Part shown: piece after piece, positions 48,463 through 58,927 of the stretch | Position numbering within the stretch: the first letter of the stretch is position 1 | Layout of the letters: every line of letters starts with the position of its first letter | Virus record (IMG/VR): IMGVR_UViG_3300009514_000016 | Location: 1 to 64,000 of that record | Length of the DNA: 64,000 nucleotides | Reading direction: 5' to 3' (one strand) | DNA from: a virus | Program-made: the position numbers and the translations under genes | The notes under the pieces: generated by a model | The model's database searches: none | What the model saw: the letters and a program-made list of their open reading frames with translations, nothing else | What the model was told of the DNA's origin: nothing

Positions 48463-49168
48463 CGAATTTTACAACCTTATTTTCGTCATCTACAACAATC
48501 TTATGCCCAATTGCGATATTGTGCTTGGAGAAAAATCCTTTAGGAACTTCTAGGGCATAAACGCATTTGTCTTTAGATTTGTGGGCTTGCGTCGAAAGCG
48601 GAGTCATAGAGTCAATTTGTTTAATAGTATAATCTTGATCAATAAATGCAATGTCTAGTGGAATGTAAGTGTTTTCCATCCAGAAAGATAGATTGTGTGG
48701 AGATTGGAACTTGAAAAGCATCCCCTCGTTAGATCCAAGAGTCTTTCTATATTTTAGTCCGACTGACTGATCTATGGAATTAGAAGCTATTGATAACAAC
48801 TTCACTTCTGGTCCAGATTCTTTTTTGTGCGCTTTGGTCATTTTGTTGTTGTTATTTGCAAAAATAAATTTCTCTGCTTTTTTCTGTTGGTCAAAAGTTG
48901 AAACTTCGCTAGAGAGAACGTAGTTGCGAATAAATTTTTTACCCTTAGAGGTGATAACGTGATCGCCATCTCTATAAGAAACCAATCCTTTGGCTTTCAG
49001 AGCGGTTAGCATCATTCTGTCGAAATCCACTGGAACGCTCAGAATGTCGACTTCTCTATTTTTATCCCATAGATCAACTAGGGCTTTTGATTCTTCTCTG
49101 GATGCTGTTACTTCTTTTGATTTCCAGCTATCATCTGAAAAGAAAAATGGCATAATTGGTAGTGGCAT
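48446..49168 (-). CDS. DUF192 domain protein
   Basis: GLKYR...GMLFKF...SFWMENTYIPLDIAFID...YALEVPKGF. Confidence 0.85.
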   Translation of the reverse strand: MPLPIMPFFFSDDSWKSKEVTASREESKALVDLWDKNREVDILSVPVDFDRMMLTALKAKGLVSYRDGDHVITSKGKKFIRNYVLSSEVSTFDQQKKAEKFIFANNNNKMTKAHKKESGPEVKLLSIASNSIDQSVGLKYRKTLGSNEGMLFKFQSPHNLSFWMENTYIPLDIAFIDQDYTIKQIDSMTPLSTQAHKSKDKCVYALEVPKGFFSKHNIAIGHKIVVDDENKVVKFDGGDI

Positions 49169-49177
49169 GGCTTTCTC

Positions 49178-50011
49178 CTAATCTCTCATTAATAGAGATC
49201 TAATTTTGTATGGACTGTCGCCCTTCATTACTTTATCCCATGTTGTGGGTTCCCAAGATAGTTCTCTAATTTCGAAATATATCCCGTTTCTGCTGTGTTC
49301 AGGATTGTATCTTGGTTGGTTCTTGATGGCTTTGTCCCTGTTCTCTAATCCATCCGCGACTCCATATGGCCCATCGAATGGATAAACTCTTTCTAATTCT
49401 GGTAGATCCAGTCTATTATAAGGCCCGTCAACGTTATCTTTTGTTGAACTGTAGTACCCAGGTCCAAATAGTGATCCAGCGGTCCTCATTTGCTTTTTCT
49501 CTTCTATTTCCTCATGAAATGCTAAAAGCAAAATGATTCTGTATTTCACTCGATCTATGGCCATAAAATTGTTTTGCAGTCTTATAATGTATTTTTGCAG
49601 AGCGTCTATATCTGACTGTTTAGCGAATACTCCATTTTTAGAGTCGCTGATTTCATCTATGAAATTCTGAGTTAGTTCTTCAATATCGCTTTGTTGATCT
49701 TTTTGTGAAAAACTGACTAATTCTCTAAGTCTGTAGGATATTTTTTCGCCATTGCTAATAAATTCCGGCTTGACTCTTCCAAGAATATCGGCGAATATAT
49801 GTCTGATTGTTTGCCATGTTTTTTCTTTGATCGAGATATTGGCGCAAAGGAGAGAATTCAAAAAGTTATAGCATTCTTCAATGGATTTGAATTTCTTCCA
49901 TCCCTTTTTAGTCACGTCAAATGCGGAAATTGACCCATCTCTCTGCGGAGCAATTTGGTAATGCCACATTTCGTGAATTAGTCTGTCAAAAAATGGAATG
50001 TGATGAGTCAT
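49178..50011 (-). CDS. Hypothetical protein
   Basis: 277-aa ORF in the operon. Confidence 0.7.
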   Translation of the reverse strand: MTHHIPFFDRLIHEMWHYQIAPQRDGSISAFDVTKKGWKKFKSIEECYNFLNSLLCANISIKEKTWQTIRHIFADILGRVKPEFISNGEKISYRLRELVSFSQKDQQSDIEELTQNFIDEISDSKNGVFAKQSDIDALQKYIIRLQNNFMAIDRVKYRIILLLAFHEEIEEKKQMRTAGSLFGPGYYSSTKDNVDGPYNRLDLPELERVYPFDGPYGVADGLENRDKAIKNQPRYNPEHSRNGIYFEIRELSWEPTTWDKVMKGDSPYKIRSLLMRD

Positions 50012-50476
50012 CTATTGTTTTGCTTTCCATTTTTTGGCTAGAGTTGCCATTCCGATGTCCGAAATTCTTTCTATTTGATGTTCCGGGCCAAGTTCAATCA
50101 TATTTTTGTTATGCAAAGAATTCAAGGCTTGCTGATTGATGTTTTGTATTCCGCGTCTCTTTCCGCTGCTGATATGCTTTGATATTTCGAGAAGCATTCT
50201 AAATTCTTCATCATTTAAAATTGGAGCTTGCTCTTCATCTTCTGCGCCCATTTCTGGAAAACGCCATGCTGTTTTGACAGAGAATCTTCCATACCAGTTG
50301 TTGGCACTGATCTTCTTTTTTATCTTTTGCAGATTTTTGGTTTCCAAAATATAACGTGAGTTAGAATTGCTTTCAATGACAATGGCTTTATCTCCCATAA
50401 GCATCTGGACTTTTCCAGTTCTTTTGGTTCCGCCATCATTCCATTCTACTGTATTAGTTGCGAATATTTTAGCCAT
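50012..50476 (-). CDS. Hypothetical protein
   Basis: 154-aa ORF with internal NNWYGRFSVKTA motif. Confidence 0.65.
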   Translation of the reverse strand: MAKIFATNTVEWNDGGTKRTGKVQMLMGDKAIVIESNSNSRYILETKNLQKIKKKISANNWYGRFSVKTAWRFPEMGAEDEEQAPILNDEEFRMLLEISKHISSGKRRGIQNINQQALNSLHNKNMIELGPEHQIERISDIGMATLAKKWKAKQ

Positions 50477-51776
50477 TAGATTGAAACCTTAGTTCTTCTA
50501 CTCCAGTTATTTTGACAACCTCTGGAGCAAGATAGTCCAGAGTTAATTCTGTTCCTTTACTAATTGGCAATTTAGCATACAATTTACCTTTTGCGTTTAT
50601 TTTTGCATTAGGGCTTTTATCGTAATTGATATACGTTCCCAATTCAGTTCTTATGTCACTGCCATTATGACTCGCACTCTTAAGCATATCGCCAGTGACA
50701 ATCACATTTCCGATATATTCGCCAGGGAATAAGTCTCTGTCGGCAATAACGCCTTTTCCATGAATTGAACTCTTATCAATTCTATATTTCTTGCTGGAAA
50801 TGGATTTGCTTTGGAATTTATACCAAGCAGTCACTTCTGAAAAGTTATCATCGTAAAGACATCTTGTAATGGCCTGCCTCTCAGACTCCCATAGCTTTCT
50901 ATGCTTGAATCCGTTATTCTTTGTCGATGATTTATATAGAATATTATCTTCTCGATCCAAGATCGAAAAGTCAGTTTCTCTAAATTCTGAGATAATATAG
51001 CGACTAGGAATAATTTCTATCCCGTGTTGGTACTCGATCTGGTTTTCATCCAACCACTGCATAATATATTCAGAAGGAACAATAACATTATAGCCATTTC
51101 CTTTTGTTGCCGAAACAACTGGAACAATCATTCCAATCGTATCGCCATTTCTGGGATCGACAACTGCCCCGCCAGAAGCAGAAGAGGTTACTGGGCCATT
51201 TATTATGTGGACTTTCGGTTTATTTTTATCGGCAAATATAATTCTATTCTTGGAGAAAACATGGCCCAAACAAGTTCTGTTCCTGAACTGAGAATCTAGG
51301 CCAGCATAAACAATCTGATTGCCATTTCCAGCCAAAGAAGAATTTCCCAAATTAGCAATGAAAAGATTCCTCTCTTCCACTTCTAGAACAGAAAGATTGT
51401 TTTTTCTGCTGGCACAGACTATCTTTGCTTTTTGAAATCCAGAACTGCTATTGATCCAAACTTGGGAATGTTCTATTTTTTCTCCTAGAATTGTTGCATC
51501 CAGAGATGTGAGAATGTGATTATCAGATATATTAATCCCGCTGGAGAATTTGAATTCTCCATTAGAGAATTTGGCAATAATCATGCTAGAGCTATTAATA
51601 ACTCTCTCTCTTATGTCGGATAATTTGTCATTATCTTTTTCTATTTCATCCAAATAGATCGATTCTTCATCATTGTTGCTGTCAAAAAGGATAGAAGCCC
51701 TGTTGTCCGCAAGGCTTCTAATCATCCCTTTATCTCCGCTAAATTTGTGAATTATGCGATCATTTATTCGAAACAT
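50469..51776 (-). CDS. Degenerate trypsin-like domain fused to a SET domain
   Basis: SSG...ILTSLDA...LGNS...SSASGGAVVD (HtrA-like); SSIHGKGVIA...YINY..SPN...KGTELTLDY (SET). Confidence 0.7.
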   Translation of the reverse strand: MFRINDRIIHKFSGDKGMIRSLADNRASILFDSNNDEESIYLDEIEKDNDKLSDIRERVINSSSMIIAKFSNGEFKFSSGINISDNHILTSLDATILGEKIEHSQVWINSSSGFQKAKIVCASRKNNLSVLEVEERNLFIANLGNSSLAGNGNQIVYAGLDSQFRNRTCLGHVFSKNRIIFADKNKPKVHIINGPVTSSASGGAVVDPRNGDTIGMIVPVVSATKGNGYNVIVPSEYIMQWLDENQIEYQHGIEIIPSRYIISEFRETDFSILDREDNILYKSSTKNNGFKHRKLWESERQAITRCLYDDNFSEVTAWYKFQSKSISSKKYRIDKSSIHGKGVIADRDLFPGEYIGNVIVTGDMLKSASHNGSDIRTELGTYINYDKSPNAKINAKGKLYAKLPISKGTELTLDYLAPEVVKITGVEELRFQSNG

Positions 51777-52520
51777 CTATATTTCTAGAAGCATGTCCTT
51801 GGGACCGTCCTCCTCGACAACCAAGAAATCGTCAAAAGCTTTAATGGCTTCATTTGTTTCCGGTTTCTTTGGAGCTAGATCCATGACGGTAACTTCCTCT
51901 CCTTTTGTGTTAGATGATTTGATTTTCTTTGGCTTTTCTTCAGAAGAGTCTTTTATTTCAAAAGGAACCTCTTCTTTTTTCTCTGCTTTTTTAGATGGTC
52001 TGCCACGTTTCTTCGCAGTTTTCTTTGTTGCAGTCTTTTGTGCAGTCTTCTTCTTCGCAGGCTTTGCGCTTCTCTTTTCAAGAATTTCTAGTTCTTCTGC
52101 TGATAACTCTGGCTCAACAGTCTTAAACTCTTCTTTGTCAACCTTGATAAGAAATTTTGCTTTTTCCGCTCCTAAGAAATCAGGCGCAAAAGAATGTTTC
52201 TTAGGCACTGTCAAGAATTTATCTTCTTTAGAAACTCTATAAGTAGCTCTTTTGTCGCCTTCCAGATATTGCAGGGCCATATGTCCTGATGGAAGATGAA
52301 CTGAATAACGAACTGTTTCATTATCATCATATTCTTCTTCTTCTGGATGAATTTCAACTTTCCCAATTAGTTCAAGAACCTTGTGAGAAATCGCATTCTG
52401 CACTTCTGCGGTCTGGAAGTGAACATCGTCAATGTCCACGATTGAATTGTACGGGACTAACGCTCTGGCGCACTCCAACGAAACTGCGGTTTTTCTTGGG
52501 TTTATGTTTTTCAATTTCAT
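51777..52520 (-). CDS. Hypothetical protein with histone-H1-like Lys/Ala tract and LEI tail
   Basis: KKKTAQKTATKKTAKKRGRPSKK (includes an AT-hook RGRP); ends DMLLEI. Confidence 0.7.
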   Translation of the reverse strand: MKLKNINPRKTAVSLECARALVPYNSIVDIDDVHFQTAEVQNAISHKVLELIGKVEIHPEEEEYDDNETVRYSVHLPSGHMALQYLEGDKRATYRVSKEDKFLTVPKKHSFAPDFLGAEKAKFLIKVDKEEFKTVEPELSAEELEILEKRSAKPAKKKTAQKTATKKTAKKRGRPSKKAEKKEEVPFEIKDSSEEKPKKIKSSNTKGEEVTVMDLAPKKPETNEAIKAFDDFLVVEEDGPKDMLLEI

Positions 52521-52530
52521 TTCATTTCTC

Positions 52531-53199
52531 CTATATGGATTTTATAATAACCCCTGGAGCTATCTTCTCAATAGCCAGGGCTTTCTCAAAACTTGGGCAA
52601 ATCACTTCAACAGTATTATCCTTGTGGATTTTTACTTCAATATCTTTATGCTTCTTAGCAAATTCTTTGGCCTTATCGTGACTATCAAATTTTACGAAAG
52701 CAGCATAACTTTTGCCATCTTTGTCAACATCGGCATTTTCAATATTGTCTTTAATGATGTTTTTCAGATAAAGATCATGATAGTCTTCTGGACGTTGCTG
52801 TCTTAGACTCTTATTCTTTTCGTCCCGATCATCATCTATTTGCTGATCGCCACCCGAGATATCTGGCCTGCCATTTCCTTTGCCATCCTTGCCTCTCCAT
52901 CTCCCTCCGAATTCTGGGACAGAAGTGAATGGATTGAATCTCGGATTATTTCCTGTCGATGGGCTCCATCCGTATTCTTGATTGCCTCCCTGAAAAGAAG
53001 TTGGCAAACCTCCTCCGATACCTCCGTGGTAAGCTGTTTTGTATGCCTTAAGATTGAATCCAGACTTGTTAAATGATTGACTGGCCAGATGTTTTAGCAG
53101 TGAATCATGAGCATCTTGGACGCTTTTGAATTCCTTGCCTACAAAATCTGGATGCCCAATTTCATAAGTGTTTTGTCTGTTCTTAGTAATTTTAACCAC
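52531..53199 (-). CDS. Hypothetical protein
   Basis: 222 aa; GFNLKAYKTA motif. Confidence 0.65.
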   Translation of the reverse strand: MVKITKNRQNTYEIGHPDFVGKEFKSVQDAHDSLLKHLASQSFNKSGFNLKAYKTAYHGGIGGGLPTSFQGGNQEYGWSPSTGNNPRFNPFTSVPEFGGRWRGKDGKGNGRPDISGGDQQIDDDRDEKNKSLRQQRPEDYHDLYLKNIIKDNIENADVDKDGKSYAAFVKFDSHDKAKEFAKKHKDIEVKIHKDNTVEVICPSFEKALAIEKIAPGVIIKSI

Positions 53200-54048
53200 T
53201 TAATTCTTGCCGCTATAGATTCCCAATAGTTTTGATTTTGCAATCTTAATTTGTGCCATGCGAACAAAATCTTCTTCAGTGTATTCGCCCTTGCTTGAGA
53301 GAGAAATAAACTCTTCATCTAGCTTAGACATTGATTTAGAAATATCTTGCTCATCATTGCTGGCTATTTTTTGAAGTTTCTTATTGTATGCAGCCCTATT
53401 CCACCCATTGCTCAATCCTCTTTCGACAAAGTCGCCAAAAGAGAAATACTCTGGGCCTTCTTTTTTGCTGTGACTTGAATTGTCTCCGTCATAATATTTG
53501 GTTGACGGAGATTGAGTTGGATCATAATCTTCTTGCTGAGGCGTATTCTGAGTAATCTTGTGCTTTGGAAGGTCTTTCTGGTCACCGATGTTCTTTTCTT
53601 GGAGAAGTTCTGAACTTTCGGCCCCAAAATACTCTGTGTCTTTTGTTGACTCAACCTCTAAAGCATTGGTTAGCTCTCTAAGCTTAGGAACGTCGCCATC
53701 CCAAGCTGACTCATTTCTATGAGGAACGCCTATAGCTTTCTTGGATTCAAATTTCTTTTCTGGCAAATCATGAACATCTTTAGATCCATGGTGTTTGGTC
53801 TCTAGCAAAGTATTGTAATGATTTTTTGCAATTGCCTCGCCATCATACTCAGAAGCCTCTTCTCTCAATAGAGATTCTTCTGGCTTTGACCAATCTGTTT
53901 TGTGGTCAAACTTTTCTCTCTCTTGCTCAAGAAGCTTGTCTTCTGTTGGAAGATTGGCTTTTTCCTTTTTCTGGGATTCCAAAACTTTCTTTAGGCTCTC
54001 ACCTACTGAGTTCTCATCGCCATTGTTGTAGCTGATAATTTTTGTCAT
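53200..54048 (-). CDS. Hypothetical charged protein
   Basis: 282 aa; GGAG RBS. Confidence 0.7.
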   Translation of the reverse strand: MTKIISYNNGDENSVGESLKKVLESQKKEKANLPTEDKLLEQEREKFDHKTDWSKPEESLLREEASEYDGEAIAKNHYNTLLETKHHGSKDVHDLPEKKFESKKAIGVPHRNESAWDGDVPKLRELTNALEVESTKDTEYFGAESSELLQEKNIGDQKDLPKHKITQNTPQQEDYDPTQSPSTKYYDGDNSSHSKKEGPEYFSFGDFVERGLSNGWNRAAYNKKLQKIASNDEQDISKSMSKLDEEFISLSSKGEYTEEDFVRMAQIKIAKSKLLGIYSGKN

Positions 54049-54112
54049 TTGTTTTCTCCAAGAATATAATAATCCTTAATCCTACCATTTCGATAGGTGG
54101 ATATCATATCCT

Positions 54113-54898
54113 TTATTTTCCAAGCGACTTAGCGGCGACTTTCTTTATAGCGTCTGCCGTCATATCTTGGCCGGTAGAAAATGTTTTCACAACAACATCA
54201 TTTTTCATAATATCAAAAACATCTTTTCCTGATTCTGAGTGGGAAAAACATATTTTGTAAGTCCCAAGATGATATGTCTCATTATTAGACTTCTTTTTCT
54301 TATTCTTTTTATAATTCTTGAAATCGGGGTGGTGACCATGTTCCTCATACCATTTGCGCCACATTTCTGGCTTATTGATCATCATCCAATATTCTTGTTT
54401 TGCCGACTCAAATGGGGCTTGTTTCATCAATTTGGATGTTACAGTTTTATTGCTGGATTCTGCCATCCCTCCCAATCCTCCTCCTGGTTGTTGCGGCTGA
54501 GGAATTAATGGGATACTGTCGAGAATATCTGTTACTTCTTTATGGTATTTTTCGATGTTTTCTAAAATTCTATCAACTATCTGATTAAGAGCCTTATGAT
54601 AATTGTCATCCAAATACTCAAATAGATTCGTCTCATTATCCCATGGGTTAATATGGGACTGAATATAATCTAAAATCATATCTCGATCAATCCCCAAGCC
54701 TTCTTCTTGATCAGAGTGTTTATTGGCTCTTTTATCGCGAATCAGATCAAGCACAATTCTTTTGCCCATAGTGTCAATTTTTGACGGATCTTTAACCAGA
54801 TCTTTGACTATTCTCTCGTATCCGAGAGCAATAGCATCATCAGTATGATCTATCGTTTTTTCTTTTGGTTCTTTTTGCGATATTCTATACCAATTCAT
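54113..54898 (-). CDS. Hypothetical protein (MNWY start)
   Basis: Start moved to MNWYRISQ just after the terminase stop. Confidence 0.65.
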   Translation of the reverse strand: MNWYRISQKEPKEKTIDHTDDAIALGYERIVKDLVKDPSKIDTMGKRIVLDLIRDKRANKHSDQEEGLGIDRDMILDYIQSHINPWDNETNLFEYLDDNYHKALNQIVDRILENIEKYHKEVTDILDSIPLIPQPQQPGGGLGGMAESSNKTVTSKLMKQAPFESAKQEYWMMINKPEMWRKWYEEHGHHPDFKNYKKNKKKKSNNETYHLGTYKICFSHSESGKDVFDIMKNDVVVKTFSTGQDMTADAIKKVAAKSLGK

Positions 54899-54902
54899 CT
54901 TA

Positions 54903-56630
54903 TTACCTAAACCCTGTATAAGCAACAATCGCTCTCGGAAGCCTCTTGTCGTTCCTCTGATTAAAGTTCATTCCGACGTAAAGAGCGCCTGCCAAGCAGT
55001 CAGCTAAGTCGTCTGTTCCGACTTCGCCGTCTTGATCGGGATAAAGAGTATATCCCTTATGAGTGTACTTCATCTTCAACTCTTTCAATTCATTTATCAA
55101 ATAGTAATTATCTGGAATGCTAACGTTTTCCATTCTGACCGCTTCTCGCAAAGCTCCATAAATTAGAGATTTATAGCTCTGACCAAACCTTGTCTCTACG
55201 GCATTTAGACCATATTTAACAAATCTCTGCCTGCTGTGAACAGATTGAAAGTTGTCAAAAGTCAAAGTTGCAAGCTGAAATCTGCGCGAAAGATCAATAA
55301 TTTCATTGTCAATGGATTCCAAGTCTAATTCTTTTCCGCCTTCTGGTTCCCACCTTCTGATGAGATCGACAACAAATTTCTTTCTCTCTTCACCGCCTGT
55401 GTGAGTATAGTGCTCAACATGTCCAATAATGCATCCGTAAATGTGGCTTGAAATAGCCGGGTCGATGTGCATGTGGTATATTTTCCCTTTGACGCCCACA
55501 TGCTGCTCTGAAAGAGTCAAATCGACAATATTTTCTACCTGCTCTCCAGTTAGGAAATTTGAAGCAGCGCTTCCGCTGAATTGCGCTCCATATTCCATCT
55601 CTGCAGAAACCGGATCTCTTTTGAAATCGTTTTTAAAGTCTTCCCTAGTAAGTGTTTCATTCGCAACCCATGTTGGAAGCTGGAAACAAATTGTGTCCTG
55701 GGCTGACAAATCATTCCCCTGCTTGTAGAGTTTGTAGAATATCCCCTCTTTTCCAGCCGGGTTCGATAGACTCATGATCCTTCCATGCTCTTTGAAAGTT
55801 TTAGTTGACGGAATCATGGACTCATAAACTTGAGAGCCACTGCTTTTTCCAGTTGAGGTGACAAAGTGGGCTAACTCATCAAAAATAACGGCGATTGCCA
55901 GTTTTCCACGAAGCGAGGCGCTGTTGGAGTGCCCGCATCTTAGGACAATAGAGCCCTTGATGTCAATTGGATTGCCATCATCTTGCAGTTCTTTTTGTCT
56001 TTCTCTGTCTTTTCTGGTGTAGACGTGGATTGTGTCTTCAGTGCTTGCGCCGATTCTTCCAAAGAAATATGGAGAGTTTCTTAGTCTCGCTTTAATTTCT
56101 TCAAAAAGCGGAGATTTAGCCTGCTCTTTAGAAACAGCGCAGTTGATGATGGATATTTCCTTATCCTTTGGCAGTCCGTAAAACTCATGGGGATCGCCAT
56201 TGTTTATTTCTAGCAGTTTATAGATTTCATAAGCACTAATAACTGAAATGATGAACGTTTTGCTGGAACGACGACCAAGGACTAACACTAGTTCTTTAAC
56301 ATGTGCAGGAAGTCCGGCCTCATTTTTCATGCCGTACTTTTTAAGAGCGGCAGTCTGACCGTTCTCTTCCATGAGCCTGATCTCTTCTTCTGTCAATTCG
56401 AGATCTTCGTTCCCGATGCTTCCTCGATAGAAACATTTGAGAATAATTCGCTGCCAAGGCCACAAAGCGAATCCCTGAGCCTTAACGTTTAGTAGATCTG
56501 ATCTTTCGCAGAATTCGATAACGTTAGCAATGTCTTTGCCGGAAGTTAGGTCTGTAGATATTCGACTTGTTAAGTCATCAACAATATTGTTGAAACTTAT
56601 CACTTGTTTTTTGTTTTGTTTTTTTGCCAT
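54903..56630 (-). CDS. terL: Terminase large subunit
   Basis: Walker A LVLGRRSSKT, Walker B AVIFDE, motif LSNP, nuclease HIDPA and DDLADCLA. Confidence 0.9.
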   Translation of the reverse strand: MAKKQNKKQVISFNNIVDDLTSRISTDLTSGKDIANVIEFCERSDLLNVKAQGFALWPWQRIILKCFYRGSIGNEDLELTEEEIRLMEENGQTAALKKYGMKNEAGLPAHVKELVLVLGRRSSKTFIISVISAYEIYKLLEINNGDPHEFYGLPKDKEISIINCAVSKEQAKSPLFEEIKARLRNSPYFFGRIGASTEDTIHVYTRKDRERQKELQDDGNPIDIKGSIVLRCGHSNSASLRGKLAIAVIFDELAHFVTSTGKSSGSQVYESMIPSTKTFKEHGRIMSLSNPAGKEGIFYKLYKQGNDLSAQDTICFQLPTWVANETLTREDFKNDFKRDPVSAEMEYGAQFSGSAASNFLTGEQVENIVDLTLSEQHVGVKGKIYHMHIDPAISSHIYGCIIGHVEHYTHTGGEERKKFVVDLIRRWEPEGGKELDLESIDNEIIDLSRRFQLATLTFDNFQSVHSRQRFVKYGLNAVETRFGQSYKSLIYGALREAVRMENVSIPDNYYLINELKELKMKYTHKGYTLYPDQDGEVGTDDLADCLAGALYVGMNFNQRNDKRLPRAIVAYTGFR

Positions 56631-56701
56631 GAAAATAACCGCAAATAGAATTAACTACTTACGGTTACAATTATTTATGATTGAAAACCTGCGTTTTATT
56701 C

Positions 56702-57244
56702 TTAGGACATAACTGAAAATACCTTTTGATTAAGTTTTTCTTCAATCATATTAACCAACTCGAAATGTTTGTTGCTATAAGAATTTAGGCTATCTGCGTA
56801 TATGGCATCACATTTCGTTCCGCGGTATATTTCAATTTCATGAATATTCCCAAAATGGACAGAATATAAATAGTCCCCCAAAGGAAACGATATTTCATGA
56901 TTAAATCCACAAGTAAGAAAAACATCATCCATATTTACAACTTCACCAATTTGCAAATTAAAAAACAAATTATTGAGCATAAGCTTGCAATTAAATTTAG
57001 CTCGACTTATGATCAGAATGTTTCTATCTCCGCAGCATTCTGTTTCTTGCATAAATTCTTCCGAATCAAATGCTGGAGCTATCTTTGTTGTCTCGTAATA
57101 TTGGACATAATCTTTCATCGCGCAAAATAAAAGAGCCCATGAATTTCCTGCGCGCCTTGGAGCAACAATATGTCGATGAGCACCTTCTTCAAAAGTGCTC
57201 ATGACATATTGCTGATATCTAGTCGGAGTAAAATGAAGAATCAT
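56702..57244 (-). CDS. Degenerate terminase-ATPase-like small protein
   Basis: PTRYQ...APRRAGNS...RGTKCDAIYADS; Walker A K>N and Walker B E>S. Confidence 0.5.
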   Translation of the reverse strand: MILHFTPTRYQQYVMSTFEEGAHRHIVAPRRAGNSWALLFCAMKDYVQYYETTKIAPAFDSEEFMQETECCGDRNILIISRAKFNCKLMLNNLFFNLQIGEVVNMDDVFLTCGFNHEISFPLGDYLYSVHFGNIHEIEIYRGTKCDAIYADSLNSYSNKHFELVNMIEEKLNQKVFSVMS

Positions 57245-57247
57245 TTT

Positions 57248-58873
57248 TTAGAATGGAATTCCTGGAATGCCGCTCAACATTTCCCCGCCTGCTTTTGGAT
57301 TTTCCTCAACCAACATGACTTGGCTTGTTAGAAGCAATCCGGCAATGCTCGCAGCAGTTTCTAAAGCAGTTGTTGTAACTTTAGCTGGGTCAATGATTCC
57401 GCTCTCAACAACGTCTCCATACTCTCCACTCGCAGCATCATAGCCATATTCATACTTGTTTTCTCTGAGAACATTTTGGACAACAACCTCCCCATTTGCT
57501 CCAGCATTCTCAGCAATTTTCATAATAGGAGCAGCAAGAGCTTCATAGACTATCTGAATTCCTCTTGCGAAATCTCCCTTATGTTCTTTGGCAAAGTCTG
57601 TTAGAACTTCTCTTGATCTTAGCAAAGCGATCCCACCTCCAGGGAGAACTCCAGTTTCAATTGCAGCTCTGGTTGCGTGTAGAGCATCCTCGATTCTGGC
57701 TTTCTTTTCTTTCATCTCTACTTCAGTGGCAGCGCCAACATTAATCTGAGCAATTCCGCCAGCAAGTCTAGCTAGACGCTCTTGCAATTTCTCAGTTTCA
57801 TATTCACTCTTTGAAGCAGCGATATGTGATTTGATTTGCTCAATTGCCTCGTCAATCTTTTCATCCTCGCCATAGCCATTGGTAATAGTTGTTGAATGTT
57901 TGGTTATGACGATTTTCCCGCAACGTCCCATATCTTCAATTTTGAAGTCTCTAGCTTTCTTGCCTGAGTCTTTTAGGAGTGCTTTTCCGCCAGTGGCAAC
58001 AGCAATATCTTCAATAAGGTTTCTCTGGGTGTCACCAACACCGGGGACTTTGACGCAGCAAGCACTCATTCTGCCTTGCAGCTTATTGGTCAAAATGGTT
58101 GTCAAGAATATTTCAGAGAAATCTGGAGCAATGAGAACAACTGATTCGCCTTCATTGGCGCATGCTTGAAGCACTCCAGTTAAATCTCTGATGTTCACAT
58201 TTTTGTCATCTGTCAAAAACAGGCGAGCATTGTGGAAAACACATGTCTGCTTATCTTTTTCTGTTGCGAATGCCTGACTGACCCATCCTTTATCAAATTG
58301 CATACCAGCAATTAGGTCGATATAAGTTTCATTGGTTTTGCCCTCTTCAACTGTGACAACGCCATCTGTCCCAACCTTCTCCATTGCATCAGCGATAATT
58401 TCGCCGATATAGGTATCGTTGTTGGATGCGATTGAGGCAACTTGAGTTACTTCATTTTTGCTGTCAATTTGCTTAACTTTGGCCTTCAAGTCTGCCATAA
58501 CTTTATCGACCGCAGCGTGAATCCCGTTCTTTAGAGTGACTGGGTTAGCGCCAGCAGAAACTGCTTTTCTTCCGCTTTGATAAATTGCTCTTCCAAGAAC
58601 AGTAGAAGTTGTGGTTCCATCTCCAGCGACTTCAGCAGCTTTGACAGCAACTTCTTTTAGCATTCTTGCGCCAAGATTCACAAATTCATCTGATACTTCA
58701 AATTCTTTTGCTACAGTAACGCCGTCTTTGGTGACTATTGGAGAACCGCCTAGTTTTCCAATGATAACATGTCTTCCTTTTGGCCCAAGAGTAGATCCAA
58801 CTGCATCGGCAATTTGATTTACGCCTTGCTCAATAGCATCCTGAGCATACTCAAAGTATATGACTTTTTTCAT
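57248..58873 (-). CDS. groEL: Chaperonin GroEL
   Basis: TLGPKGR, TKDGVTVAKE, GDGTTT, LQERLARLAGG, GIIDPAKV. Confidence 0.97.
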   Translation of the reverse strand: MKKVIYFEYAQDAIEQGVNQIADAVGSTLGPKGRHVIIGKLGGSPIVTKDGVTVAKEFEVSDEFVNLGARMLKEVAVKAAEVAGDGTTTSTVLGRAIYQSGRKAVSAGANPVTLKNGIHAAVDKVMADLKAKVKQIDSKNEVTQVASIASNNDTYIGEIIADAMEKVGTDGVVTVEEGKTNETYIDLIAGMQFDKGWVSQAFATEKDKQTCVFHNARLFLTDDKNVNIRDLTGVLQACANEGESVVLIAPDFSEIFLTTILTNKLQGRMSACCVKVPGVGDTQRNLIEDIAVATGGKALLKDSGKKARDFKIEDMGRCGKIVITKHSTTITNGYGEDEKIDEAIEQIKSHIAASKSEYETEKLQERLARLAGGIAQINVGAATEVEMKEKKARIEDALHATRAAIETGVLPGGGIALLRSREVLTDFAKEHKGDFARGIQIVYEALAAPIMKIAENAGANGEVVVQNVLRENKYEYGYDAASGEYGDVVESGIIDPAKVTTTALETAASIAGLLLTSQVMLVEENPKAGGEMLSGIPGIPF

Positions 58874-58927
58874 ATTTCAATTCTCCGTTTTGTTCGCTTT
58901 GCAATTATACAAGCTTTGTCGGTGTCT

